A stretch of DNA of 64,000 bases from Pecten maximus (taxonomy: Eukaryota). How positions within the stretch are numbered: the first letter of the stretch is position 1; each line of letters opens with the position of its first letter. The position numbers and the translations under genes were made by a program. Below, piece after piece: positions 1 to 12,714 of the stretch. The DNA lies in the NCBI RefSeq assembly GCF_902652985.1, contig NC_047026.1, positions 11,904,001 to 11,968,000 on the forward strand. Reading direction: 5' to 3'. The notes beneath the pieces were generated by a model that saw only the letters and a list, made by a program, of their open reading frames with translations, made no database searches and was not told the DNA's origin.

Positions 1-40
1 ACCTCCTTCCCGCAAGCAGCAGGCGGATAATCTCCTGAAA

Positions 41-724
41 TTGTCGGAATTCTCTAGGATCAGTGTTCATGTTAGGGCCCATCAGTCCCTTAACTTCAGC
101 AAGGGGGTAATCAGATGCCCTGCCTTGCAGAACGACACTGACGCAGAGATTCTGCAATATTTCAAGTCGGAGAATATCCCGATCTCAGAGGTGAGGCGAA
201 TCAAAATAAAACGCCAAACAGTACAAACAAATACGTTCGTCCTCACGTTCGTAGTGCCAAACCTTCCTCCATCGGTAATGGTAGGTTACATGAAATGTAA
301 CGTCTCGCCCTACATACCGAATCCTTTACGATGCCGTAACTGCCAGAGATACGGCTATCATGAGGACAGATGCAGGCGAAGGGAGGTTTGTGAACACTGC
401 GGACGAGAGGGCCACAACGACACAGATAGCTGTGATATCACCGGCAAACGTTGTCCAAATTGCAAGGGCAACCATGCGGCGTCCGCTCGAGACTGTCTTT
501 CCTGGAAGAAGGAAAGGGAAGTTCTGCGGGTAAAGTATACCCGTATCATTTCCTTCCCTGACGCCAGGAGGGTGGTCGAGAGTAATGATCCCGCTGCGTT
601 GTCATATGCATTTGTAACAAAGTCAAAAACGCAACAACACACAATAACAGTTTGCGATGAAAGGTACAAGCCTACTTTGATAAGCCAGCTTTTGGCGCGG
701 AGGTACCACCTTTGGTGGACGTAA
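41..724 (+). pseudogene. LINE ORF1 gag-like nucleic-acid-binding protein (fragment)
   Basis: Three zinc-knuckle motifs; the reading frame continues after a frameshift into a Ser/Thr/Pro-rich tail (712-1245). Confidence 0.85.
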
Positions 725-1219
725 GGAATGACAAGATGCTTTTCGGTTTGGCATCCCGTTTCAAGTCAGGAAGGGTAGCGTCTAAGACCACCTCAACATC
801 AGTAAGACCTTCCCAGCCTGACGAAACGGCAGTTATCAAGACAAATATACCAGCACCTCCAGCACATACACCTGCACGCCAGATAACACAAACATCGAAG
901 CCGAGGGTCGCCCACCACAGACGGACTGTATCACAGCCGTCAGACCTTAACAAGATTGCCGGTAACACAAATAGACGACCAGCAACCACACCACATCAAG
1001 ACCAACGACAAACGAAGGTAAAACTGCACAGATTACCTTCCTTAAACAACACCAAGCCCACCAAAGGCTCAGATGACCCTATCCACGGTCATAACAGGTA
1101 CGACGCTCTTGCGGACGACAGTGAGTTTGGTGACAGCAATGCTACACCTAGTAGTCCTGTCAGTCTAAAGAGCGTCCATCACGAACTTGAATGGTGGTCA
1201 GCATTACGAACAATACTAT

Positions 1220-4200
1220 TATACAATGGAACATACGCGGACTAAGGGCAAATTTAGAAGAGTTTTCAAAATTTATCGAAAGAATTTAGACCTGCCTTAT
1301 TTTGCCTGCAGGAGGTCATGCTGAAAAACCCAATTACTTTCAGAAATTTCTCTCTCTACAATAGCATCGCAACGGTAGGAAACAGAGGTGGCGCAGCTGT
1401 AGCTGTCCATAAAACTATTCCTCACAGAATTATCACGTTAAACACAAATTTACAGCCTGTTGCTGTCTGTGCAACTTTACACAGACAAGTAACTGTCTGT
1501 TCAATTTACCTTCCTCCGAGTATTGCTTTCATTTGTGAGCAACCTAATAACCTCGTCTCGCAACTCCCAGCACCATACATAATTCTCGGAGATTTTAATG
1601 GGCATAACGGAGATTTTAATGGGCATAACAGTCTGGGGCTCCCCGAACACAGATGAGAGAGGAAGACGTATTGAGGAATTTATAGATACAAACAACTTGT
1701 GTCTTTTTATCAATAATGCCCCAACATATCTACACCCTGCTACAGGCTCTCGTACCCACATAGGCCTATCATTATGCCATCCATCCATTTTACTCGATTA
1801 TGACTGGAGGGTAAATGATGATTTATGTGGGAGTGACCACTTCCCTATTTTTCTTAAGAATATTGGGACCCCTCTTGATAAACCACTTCCTCGATGGAAT
1901 GTGCACAAAGCAGATTGGGCCCAATTCCAACACCTGTGCAGCGAGGAGCTTACTGTAGAAAAATTCACTAACCTCGATGACCCAATTAAAACATTCACTG
2001 AAACGATAACTTCTATTGCCACAAAAACGATACCAAAGTCCGTCCCAAAACCTACAAAGTTCCCTTTATCTGAAGAATCTTTTATCAATAGATCCGGCCG
2101 AAAGGCAGCTCTAAGACGATTCTTGACTTCCCCTACAACTGAAAATCACAATAATTTTAAAATTTGGAGGGCGAAGGCTCGGCGATCTGTTAAGTCCGAC
2201 AAAAAGAATAGCTGGAAGGAATACATTTCTAAAATATCTTCAAACACATCATCTAAAAAGATATGGGATCAGATACGAAAAATAAGTGGAAAACGAAAAA
2301 CAGCACCAGCATCCCATCTTATCAACGATAACCAAATTTTCTCTTCTACATCTGGAATTGCAAATGCATTTGCTAAAAATATAGCCCAGAACTCATCCGC
2401 CAAAAATCACTCAAAAAATTCCAAACTTTCAAAAAATACAAAGAAAAGAAAGATCAAACGATTCAGCAGCTGGGCCAGATGAAATTCCGTACCAATTCCT
2501 AAAACATTTACCAGAATCATCATTACGATGTCTCTTATATATTTTTAATCATGTATACGCTTTCGGTAAGATCCCCGAGTCTTGGAAGGAATCTACAATT
2601 ATTCCAAATTCCAAAACCTGGTAAGGACGCCAATGAACCAAATAATTATCGCCCTCTCTCTCTAACAAGCTGCATCTGTAAAACACTTGAACGGATGATA
2701 AACACTAGACTAGTTTGGTTCCATGAATCCAATAATATTTTGAGTCCACTCCAAAGCAGATTCAGAAACCACAGAGGAACGGTAGACCACCTGGTCAGAT
2801 TAGAAACCTTCATTCGAGAAGCTTTCGCAAAGAAGGAACATCTTGTTGCTGTGTCCTTTGATCTGGAGAAAGCATACGATACTACATGGCAATATGGTAT
2901 TATGAAAGACCTGCATGAAATTGGTGTACGTGGGAATCTCCCAAAATTCATTTCAAATTACATATCTGACAGACATTTTAAGGTTCGCGTTGGCTCAACT
3001 TATTCTGAAACGGCCAAACAGGAAATGGGAGTCTCTCAGGGTGGGATCCTTTCCGTAACTCTTTTCGGTCTGAAAATCAACAGTATAACTAAATGTCTCG
3101 GTAAGTCAACTGAAGGGTCTCTATTCGTCGATGACTTCTTGATCTGCTATAGGTCGAAGAACATGCATACGATAGAACGACAACTTCAACAATGTTTGGG
3201 CAAACTACAAACATGGGCAGATGAAAACGGCCTCAAATTTTTCAGATCAAAAACTGTCTGCATGCACTTCTGCCAAAAACGAAAACCACATAATGATCCC
3301 GATCTAACATTAAATGGTAGCCAAATTCCAGTTGTCGAGCAGACCAAATTCCCCGGACTAATTTTCGATTCGAAACTCTCCTTTGTTCCACATATTAAAC
3401 ACCTGAAGGATAAGTGCTCGAAGGCAATGAACATTTTACGCGTACTTTCGCATACTGACTGGGGTGCGGACCGTGAAATGCTCTTGCGCCTCTATAGGGC
3501 ACTTATTCGATCAAAACTCGACTATGGGTCCATCGTTTATGGATCGGCACGAAATTCTCACCTGCAAATGTTGGATCCTATCCATAACCAAGGATTACCT
3601 CTAGCACTTGGTGCTCTCCGAACAACACCAGTGCAGAGCCTATATGTAGAGGCAAATGAACCATCTTTAAATGACCGAAGGAAAAAAACTTGCTCTTCAA
3701 TATGCCGCCCAATTGAAATCCAACCCGAAAAACCCGGCTTTTGATCTTGTTGTCAATCCGCAATACCGAAACATATTCACTCAAAACCAAAAACTCTTAC
3801 CAACATTTGGCATTAGAATTTCGAATTTTCTTCATGAACTTAACATAAGCTTAGACAACATACACCGTATCGGATGTACCGCCATGGCTTGTCGAAACAC
3901 CGGATATTAACCTTACTCTACACGAGAGGGCAAAATCGAGTGCATTACCCGAAGAACACAAATCCTCCTTTCGGGAGTGCATTACTGATTTCCATGATCA
4001 CGTTCAGATCTACACTGATGGCTCAAAAGATGGAGAAAAGGTCTCCGCAGCATGCTACACCGATCACCATTGCTCTTCAATCCGCTTACCAGACGGTGCC
4101 TCTATTTTCTCGGCGGAAGCATGTGCCATCGATTTGGCCCTCGACCATATCGATGAACAACGCATTAGAAAGGCAATCATTTGTTCCGACTCTCTATCTG

Positions 4201-4770
4201 TCCTTCAGAATTTACAATTACGAGATCCAAAAAAATATACTCATACAAAACCTTGTTTTACGAATATCTCGTATCTTAAAAAATGCAAAATAGCATTACT
4301 TTGTATTCCGAGCCATGTCGGAATTAAAGGCAACGAACTTGTTGACCGCCAAGCAAAACATGCTCTAAATCTGCAACAAACAAATATCAAAATACCACAT
4401 ACAGATTTCAAACCTGTAATTAGTTCTGCCATCCAGAGTAAAAGGTAGCAACGCTGGTCTCTCGAGATGAGCAACAAACTTTTTAAAGTACAACCGAAAC
4501 TTAAAACATCAACACCAAGTCGGAAGGATCGTAGAGAGGAAATCGTCCTCTCTCGGCTCCGTACCGGGCACACACATATCCTACTCATTCGTTCCTTTTG
4601 AAACGAGAGGATCCACCAATGTGTTATGCATGTGATGCTCAATTCACAGTGAAGTATTTTTTAATAGAATGTTCCGATTTCAAGCACATTCGTGATAAAT
4701 ACTTTCGAGTCCCGGATTCGAAAACAATATTTAGCTACTTGAAAGAAATCGATCTATTCTATAGACTTTG
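1220..4770 (+). pseudogene. LINE ORF2 (endonuclease-RT-RNase H), multiple frameshifts
   Basis: ORF pieces 1318-1656, 1598-2482, 2551-3744, 3671-3910 and 4134-4448 carry consecutive APE, RT and RNase H motifs. Confidence 0.9.
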
Positions 4771-5135
4771 ATGTCTTTTACGTTACTCTATTTGACGTTC
4801 TATTTATATCACAAAGTTCACATATTCTATTCGTACATATCTATATTTTACCATTTTTAACCAACTTTTTTATCATAATGATCTAAATATACAATACGAA
4901 TGCTTTTAAAAATGACAAATTTTATCTGATTTTAACTTTAAAAATAAAAAAAACGGTATTATATTGTTCGGCCCTAAATGACCCTAGTTGTCGATGGGCC
5001 GTAAAACATAAACAAACAAACAAATAAACCAATTCAGGGTAAACGATTTAGCAAAACTAGCCAGTTCTACATTCAATATACCTTATCCCTGTAATAAAAT
5101 CTTTCTAAGCAATGACCATTGACAGATGTTTATGT

Positions 5136-5269
5136 NNNNNNNNNNNNNNNNNNNNNNNNNNNNNNNNNNNNNNNNNNNNNNNNNNNNNNNNNNNNNNNNN
5201 NNNNNNNNNNNNNNNNNNNNNNNNNNNNNNNNNNNNNNNNNNNNNNNNNNNNNNNNNNNNNNNNNNNNN
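5136..5269. other. Assembly gap (N run)
   Basis: Run of N characters. Confidence 1.
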
Positions 5270-5699
5270 TTCCGTCGTTTCTTGCGATTTTCATGTCAGA
5301 GAGGTCTTGCATGTTAAATGGTTAAAATAAAAATTTCGTCTGAAAAATATCTTCATATTTAAATAATTAAACTTAATAAAATGTTAAGGTAGGTATAATT
5401 ATCTCCTATTCCCCATTTCGATCCGACCCCATCGTATATACCGTAGTGTATGTGCCCGGTAAAATGTTTTCCTATACTGTTTTAATATCGTCTGCTTGTT
5501 ATTCCTAGCTTAGCACTAAACACTTCTTCACACCCTTATGTTAAACCGGCTACTTAGTTTTTGTAAATAACTGTATAGCATATTTCTTATCTTAGCTATC
5601 CCCTCCTGCTTCAGTTGGAAACTGGAATCAGACATATATCCATGAGATAAATATATAAAGTTAGGTTCTGATCACTACTATATCATCATTACCTGACAA

Positions 5700-6812
5700 T
5701 ATTTACAGATGTTAATAAAACGTACATGCTGTTTACTGTTCAGATGTAAATAAACACACATGTTGTTTACTGTTCAGATGTAAATAAACACACATGTTGT
5801 TTACTGTTCAGATGTAAATAAACACACATGTTGTTTACTGATCAGATGTAAATAAACACACATGCTGTTTACTGTTCAGATGTAAATAAACACACATGTT
5901 GTTTACTGTTCAAATGAAAATAAACACACATGTTGTTTACTGGTCAGATGTAAATAAACACACATGTTGTTTACTGGTCAGATGTAAATAAACACACATG
6001 TTGTTTACTGGTCAGATGTAAATAAACACACATGCTGTTTACTGTTCAGATGTAAATAAACACACATGTTGTTTACTGTTCAAATGTAATTAAACACACA
6101 TGTTGTTTACTGTTCAGATGTAAATAAAACATGTTTACTATTCAGATGTAAATAAAACATGTTGTTTACTGTTCAGATGTAAATAAACACACATGTTGTT
6201 TACTGTTAGATGTAAATAAAACATGTTGTTTACTGTTCAGATATAAATAAAACATGCTGTTTACTGTTCAGATATAAATAAACACAATTGTTGTTTACTG
6301 TTCAGATGTAAATAAAACACATGTTATTTACAGCTCAAATATGTTAATAAAACACGCAGCTCAGATGTAAATAAAATGTTCATGTTGTTTACTATTCAGA
6401 TGTAAATAAAACATATTGTTTACTGTTCAGATGTAAATAAAACACACACATTGCAAACAGCTTAGATGTAAATAAAACACATGTTGTTTACCGTTCAGAT
6501 GTAAATAAAACATGTTGTTTACCGTTCAGATGTAAATAAAACGTGCATGTTGTTTACATCTCAAATGTTAATAAAACGTACATGTTGTTTACAGCTTAGA
6601 TGTAAAAAAAAACCGTACACGTTGTTTACAGCTTAGATGTAAATAAAACGTACATGTTGTTTACAGCTCAGATGTAAATAAAACGTACATGTTGTTTACA
6701 GCTCAGATGTAAATAAAACGTACATGTTGTTTACAGCTTAGATGTAAATAAAACGTACATAATGTTTGCAGTTCAGATGTTAATAAAATACACATGTTGC
6801 TTACAGTTCAGC
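5700..6812. repeat. ~34-bp tandem minisatellite (catgttgtttactgttcagatgtaaataaacaca), about 30 copies
   Basis: TGTTGTTTAC recurs at 5761 and 5795 and onward; unit variants drift along the array. Confidence 0.95.
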
Positions 6813-7512
6813 ATGTCTCAGTATTTAGTAAGAATTACTAGCTTAATAAACAATGACGTCATTTTTATAGTATGAAACAATTTCACTTCTGCCATTACTC
6901 GGTACGGTGTTTAGATATGCAAATAAAAGGTCACTATTAATGATTAATTATATATTAGTTATTTGACGTTTGATGGCCTTTGTCAGATGTTGATATATGA
7001 TATAATGTCAAAATACTTGATTTTACTAAACAATGCGATCCGTTAAAACATGAAAATCTTATTTATTTACTGCGATTGCAAAATAAAACAAATAATCGAT
7101 TTATAGGAAACATTCTTTTAATATCGCTTCACATCGTTATATATGAACTAATGAAAAATGTAACATGTTGTTGAATTATTTATTCACTCCTGTTACTTTT
7201 AATAAATGTAGTACATGTATATCGCTTCACATCGTTATATATGAAAATGAAACATTTTGTTGAACAATTTATCCAATGACCTTCGCTAACATTGAAATAA
7301 ATGAATATACAGTACATATCAGTACTTAGATTGTAGATTGTTACAGTAATATAGGATGAAACCAATCAGATGTGAAGTCAAAGGTCAAATAAAGTTCTGG
7401 ATAAAACAGAAAAAGGAATTTTCTACATTTCTATATTTGTATTAATATGCTTGTTCATACAGAGCTCACTATATCACACATTGGTAGCTTATACCTTGTA
7501 ATCACACAATTT

Positions 7513-8145
7513 CTAAGTCTGTGACACACCTCTCCCCCTCTCCAAAGTGATGTCAAATCTGACCACCTGAATACAGTCCGAATGGTCATTTGGTTCACAA
7601 TAGTATTCCACGTTGGCGATTAGATCCTCCCTATCAGAGCTACACACTGTACAAGGATCGTTGGTTCCAAGACTCGAGTCTCCTGCGAAATAAAGTTGTG
7701 TTATGAGAGTCTTATGGCGACGTTTTCCATATACCTTGAAGTGAATATGAGCTGGGCGATTTGCGTCGCTGAATAAGTGATATTTGCCTGGGTAAAGGGT
7801 TGAGAACTCGTAATACCCACGAGAGTCTGTCCTGAGGTAGCCACGACACCGCGCTTCGAGGGTGTAGTTACCCGAGAGGTCAGCCTGCCATACGTCAATC
7901 CGGGTGTGGGTCATGGGCGTTGAACAGTCACTCTTGTATACATATCCGTGAACGAACAGGCGTTCATGTTGATGTCGTTCGGGATCCCCCGTACAGTACT
8001 GTAGAAGTCGAGGTGGATTTGGGACATAATATGGACCAATAATATCGTGACTTGTAGGACGACAGTTATTGGAATTTCCACCATTTCCGTTCACAGAACT
8101 AATCCTGCACAACAAAATCAACAAGGAAATGTAATAGGCAGCCAT
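7513..8145 (-). CDS. Intradiol ring-cleavage dioxygenase-like protein (protocatechuate/catechol dioxygenase family), probable signal peptide, single coding exon
   Basis: Motifs GPYY, DVWQADLSGNY, GYYEFSTLYPGKY, RPAHIHF and LITQLYF. Hydrophobic N-terminus from Met at 8145 (MAAYYISLLILLCRISSVNG). An alternative upstream ATG is at 8208. Confidence 0.88.
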   Translation of the reverse strand: MAAYYISLLILLCRISSVNGNGGNSNNCRPTSHDIIGPYYVPNPPRLLQYCTGDPERHQHERLFVHGYVYKSDCSTPMTHTRIDVWQADLSGNYTLEARCRGYLRTDSRGYYEFSTLYPGKYHLFSDANRPAHIHFKVYGKRRHKTLITQLYFAGDSSLGTNDPCTVCSSDREDLIANVEYYCEPNDHSDCIQVVRFDITLERGRGVSQT

Positions 8146-9194
8146 CTTATCCTTGCCGTTGATGAAACCAGTGATTCCAGTCACGTATGTGCCCTTTCCC
8201 ATGCTCATATCCCTCTAGATCTACATGTGGTACTGATTATCTGATAACCAATATCTGGTCTACGGAAGCCTAATATGGCCGACTAAAAGTTGCTTTCAAC
8301 TGAATGAAAACTCGAATTAGCAGTTCTCTAAAAAAAATCTGTTTTGTAGCCTCCATACATATGATCCGTTGTAGCAAAAAAAGATAAACTGTGAATGAAC
8401 ACAGCCGTATTACTTGTAATCTAGTCAGTGGCTGAAATGCTACACATGCTTCTTAATGATAACTTGTTTAATCATGCATTGTTAGTCCTCCTGATAATAT
8501 AAAACCTTAATTTAATTTCGTTTTGAACATCTAAAATGAAAATGAATCGAAAATCAAGGCGTGTCTCAAGTGGTCATTGAAAAAACCCAGTAAACGCGAA
8601 AATCTTCCATGACGAATGTTACTATATTGTAAAATAGCTTTTATTTACAAATGTTTTATGTTCTCCAGATCATAAGGAACTAAACTATACTCCGTCGATA
8701 AAAATACATGTTAGACAATAACTGACATTTTCTATTTATGTATTCAGTCCACGCAAAAGGATACAATCCAGCTGTCAGTTATATAAAAAATAATGTAAGT
8801 AAAGCATATACAGGTCTACCGCTATTGTCCAACGTCATTCATGTAGGTAAAAGACAGGGTGATTATCAACTCATGTCATTTAGAGGGGTGATGTTAATTA
8901 AAATGTCTGGTGCCCTTTGACTTTATGTCTTATTCTAATGCGACGTCAGGGACTACGCTTCTGAGTTGAATCTGTATGTTGACTGCAGAAAAAAAACTTT
9001 ATAACACATGGTTTCGAGAGGTGAAGGTTGATGAAGATTATGGGAAATGTTGATGGTCGACATTTTGGAGACATGATATTATATTTCCACGTGCGATATA
9101 ACAATGCTCGTGAACAATTCTGTTTGTTCCATGTTCATCACATACATGTCCTCATTCTGAGAACTTGATATTACAGCTATTTGACACAGGTTTA

Positions 9195-9260
9195 CATGAC
9201 GGGTGAACCGGAAGACGCTTACTCTCCCGGAACATCTCGTCTCTAATCCATTACTCTTTG
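9195..9260 (+). repeat. Short fragment of a Penelope-like element 3' region, inverted relative to the copy at ~10260
   Basis: aagacgcttactctcccggaacatctcgtctcta resembles the reverse complement of 10262-10294. Confidence 0.4.
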
Positions 9261-10254
9261 TTACATAGATCTGTGTAAATCTTCCGTCATCTTTCGTCTT
9301 CCCTTTGTTGCTTTTGAGCTAGAGTTACGGTTTTGTTTAGACGGTGTTTTCTCGATGTTTTATGTTGACTGATATTGTCATGGCCTGGGAACAATACTCT
9401 CATTCGTCATACAGACATGCAGAGGTAGTAACAAGGGATATTTCAGGAAGTAAATACGTTTTAGAAAGAAGAGAAGATATTTCATCAGCAGATCAAATAC
9501 TTGCAAGAACTCTGGGTGCTACTTCTATGTTCAAATTATATGTCTGTTCATAAACAATAACATCCATTAAGTAAGTTGATTGATTATATTGGATTAGTGC
9601 ATCCCCTTATCGTATCAAAAGCAAAATTCCATAAATTAAAGAAATCTTTTATACGAAAAAAATATTTTCGTAGGAAAGCAATACAGAATTTAAGAAAAAG
9701 AAATGCTTTCATATGAAAAAAAAATAAGTTAATGAATATTATCTAACCTTTAGAATATCTTTGAGTTAATGAATATTGATGAAACCGTGTCCAGGTCGAT
9801 TTCGCTTTCCTTAACTTGCGGCCTTTCAGCTGACGAGTAGGTATTCACTTGTGTGCATACTTTGACACCTTAAGCCTTTTGAATCACCGAAGGACGAATC
9901 AGCTGCATCGTGCTTTTTGTCTCTCTCAATTTGCTTTTAATGATTCTACATATCTTTTGTGTTTTTTTCAATGCTTTGATAAGTTTTTAATTGTTGGAAG
10001 CTGGTGTTATAACAATGACACTAAACTCAAAATCAAACCAAGCTAATATATAAGAAAAGATAGATAAAAAAAAAACGTATTTTTAAATAACCAACAGTTT
10101 TGGGATCGGTCCAGTATATACGATAACATGCTGAATACATTTGTAGATAGAAACGAAGAGAGTAGCATCGTTAAAGCAAAACAATAATTCTATCTGAAAA
10201 GCGATCAATACGAACGAAAAATATAGATTTGCATGGAGACAATTGAAATATACA

Positions 10255-10700
10255 AAGAGAATAAGACCAGGTGTTCATGAAGAGTAAGCGTCTTTGACAA
10301 TACCCTCCATTCTAGGTAAAATCCAGCAAAGTCGCATTCTCAAAAAAAATGAGAACGAGTAGTGACAAGGTAATCGCCAGGCATGTTGATAATCAACAAA
10401 CAAGTATGACTTCATATCGCATAAGGAAATAAAATATTTCCAGACAAGATCACGATGTCGACTTTAAGTTTTTCCCAATAGTCTGTATCCACCTGCATCG
10501 CTTGAAATCTTGTGATGTTAATTTTGCCGTCAGTAGTCGACGTCTATCACGTAAATCGTTAAAATTGGAACAAGTCCTTGGCCATATGTAAACACTGTAA
10601 TAAGAGAAGCAGGAAGTGGAAAATTGAAGCCTGTCCCTGCTGGGGTTTTATCAGTAAAGATTGAGGTAAGTGGCTGATCTTCATTTCAAGCTCTACAGAA
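10255..10700 (-). mobile_element. Highly decayed Penelope-like RT C-terminal remnant
   Basis: Minus-strand pieces read approximately ARTCSNFND and RRLLTAKLTSQDF...RHRDLVWKY, resembling the Penelope-type RT thumb region (RACS..DF..R.LLT.KL..QG...RH.DLV..Y). Confidence 0.5.
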
Positions 10701-11312
10701 TGCAACCTTTAATAATCTTCTTTTATTTAGAATAACGAGTAACAAATGAAATCAGTACAACCTTAACTGTAAACCAGTCATTTATTTCAGCGTTTCGTTG
10801 GATTTTTTTTCTGTACGTTGACGAATGTTACTGTCTATGATTTAAGGCATTTTGCCTATGTCAGGCAGATATTTATAAATATAGAATATATATTCTGTTT
10901 CATCAAGGATTTTAAAAGATGTTACCTGTCACGCGCAGATGTTTTTAGTTCAAAATCTTTACATTTGTGTCACCTAATTAAGGCAGTAGTCTTTTCGTAT
11001 GAACAGCAACCATGCGTGAAATTAAAACCTTTTTGTAAGAAAATCACGAGGATTTAATTACGCGTGAAAATTGCATTTGAAGAGATCAAGTATGTACATA
11101 CAAAAATCGTGGGCATATCTTAATGATATGTATTTGATATGGAACGTCATAACTGCCGCATATGGCATAAAAATACTACCTGTACAGGGATAGATATTTT
11201 AATTATGCATGTATTATTTGATTTCACCAGTGTATGTATATTATTTGATATCAGCAATATGTTTTTAATGTATCATTATATGATTGGGTTTCCATTTATT
11301 ATATACTTTTAT

Positions 11313-11316
<4 letters not shown>

Positions 11317-11391
<75 letters not shown>
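11317..11391. repeat. (GA)n microsatellite
   Basis: Pure GA run of about 37 units. Confidence 0.98.
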
Positions 11392-11396
<5 letters not shown>

Positions 11397-12072
11397 GATC
11401 GTAATCCTTGGAGAGAGAGTGCAGGTGATCGTAACCCCTGGAGAGAGAGTTTAGGTGATCGTAACCCTTGGAGAGAGAGTTTAGGTGATCGTAACCCTTG
11501 GAGAGAGAGTGTAGGTGATCGTAACCCCTGGAGAGAGAGTGCAGGTGATCGTAACCCCTGGAGAGAGAGTGCAGGTGATCGTAACCCCTGGAGAGAGAGT
11601 TTAGGTGATCGTAACCCTTGGAGAGAGAGTGCAGGTGATCGTAACCCCTGGAGAGAGAGTGCAGGTGATCGTAACCCTTGGAGAGAGAGTGCAGGTGATC
11701 GTAACCCTTGGAGAGAGAGTGCAGGTGATCGTAACCCTTGGAGAGAGAGCGGAGGTGATCGTAACCCTTGGAGAGAGAGAGAGAGAGGTGATCGTAACCC
11801 TTGGAGAGAGAGCGGATGTGATCGTAACCCTTGGAGAGAGAGCGGAGGTGATCGTAACCCCTGGAGAGAGAGCGGAGGTGATCGTAACCCTTGGAGAGAG
11901 AGCGGAGGTGATCGTAACCCTTGGAGAGAGAGAGAGGTGATCGTAACCCTTGGAGAGAGAGCGGAGGTGATCGTAACCCCTGGAGAGAGAGCGGATGTGA
12001 TCGTAACCCTTGGAGAGAGAGTGCAGGTGATCGTAACCCTTGGAGAGAGAGTGCAGGTGATCGTTACCCCGG
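11391..12072. repeat. ~30-bp minisatellite (ggtgatcgtaacccytggagagagagtgca), about 22 copies
   Basis: Successive 60-nt lines are near identical; each unit contains a short GA tract. Confidence 0.97.
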
Positions 12073-12714
12073 AGTATCGAGGATGCGTTATTACCATTCC
12101 GTCATTATATATTAATCACCAACATCATTATATATGATTACACAACTTCATTATATTATTGTATTTCTTCTTGATGTTAAATATAAAGCATCTCCATGTA
12201 CAGAAGTAAACGAAACTTTTCACGGAGAGGGGAGTGTTTTTTTCTGTTACTGTAAAAGAAAAAAAAACCTATCTGAATAACTTGATACTATTAGATATTT
12301 GGTCACAGCATAATATTAGTAAATAAGTAGTAGTACTTGTATACAACATACAAGTAGTGTATTTAAGTGTAAAAAACAAAGTACATGTAAATAATTTATT
12401 ATAAAACGATATGTATTATAAATGTACTGAATTTTGAAAATAAACTTTTAAGGCAACACATGTAGCAAGAGGATGCTGAAGAATAACGCGCATTATAATG
12501 AATCGTTTTGGTTTAATTTGATAGTAAGTAAACAAACATGCAGGTGGTATGCATCAGTGTAAAATATCCTAGAATATATTCAGTACAATTATCACACGAA
12601 TAAAAGTAAATTCTAATAAGTCCATGCTCCGATACACTGTTAATGTGTTATAGTGATACATTAAAATGTCTTACAAAGTATGCTCTGTAACATAATCACC
12701 ATAATCCTCATTAT

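Larger units (their letters stand above)
1..5029 (+). mobile_element. Decayed I-group (I/Nimb-like) non-LTR retrotransposon, 5' end outside the window
   Basis: ORF1 fragment with CCHC knuckles (41-724: PNPLRCRNCQRYGYH, CEHCGREGH, CPNCKGNH). Frameshifted ORF2 with APE endonuclease (GDFNGH, SDHFPI), RT (FDLEKAYD, QGGILS, FVDD) and RNase H (SDSLS, IPSHVGIKGNELVD). Ends in an (AAAC)n tail at ~5005-5029. Confidence 0.92.

Noticed and set aside
5112-5330. ORFs containing X runs
   Set aside because: They span the assembly gap.
5700-6812. CRISPR-like array
   Set aside because: Units are head-to-tail with no unique spacers, there are no cas genes, and the context is eukaryotic.
7513-8208. Bacterial contamination as the source of the dioxygenase
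   Set aside because: It is contiguous with AT-rich animal repeats, has no operon neighbours, and has a eukaryote-like signal peptide and extra Cys.
7375-8925. DR1 nuclear-receptor-like motifs flanking the dioxygenase (aagtcaaaggtca at ~7375; tgccctttgactt at ~8911)
   Set aside because: Short motifs could arise by chance; no independent support in the sequence.
11139-12137. 332-aa and 261-aa repetitive ORFs (GDRNPWRESA repeats)
   Set aside because: By-products of a 30-bp minisatellite and GA run; no splice or compositional support.
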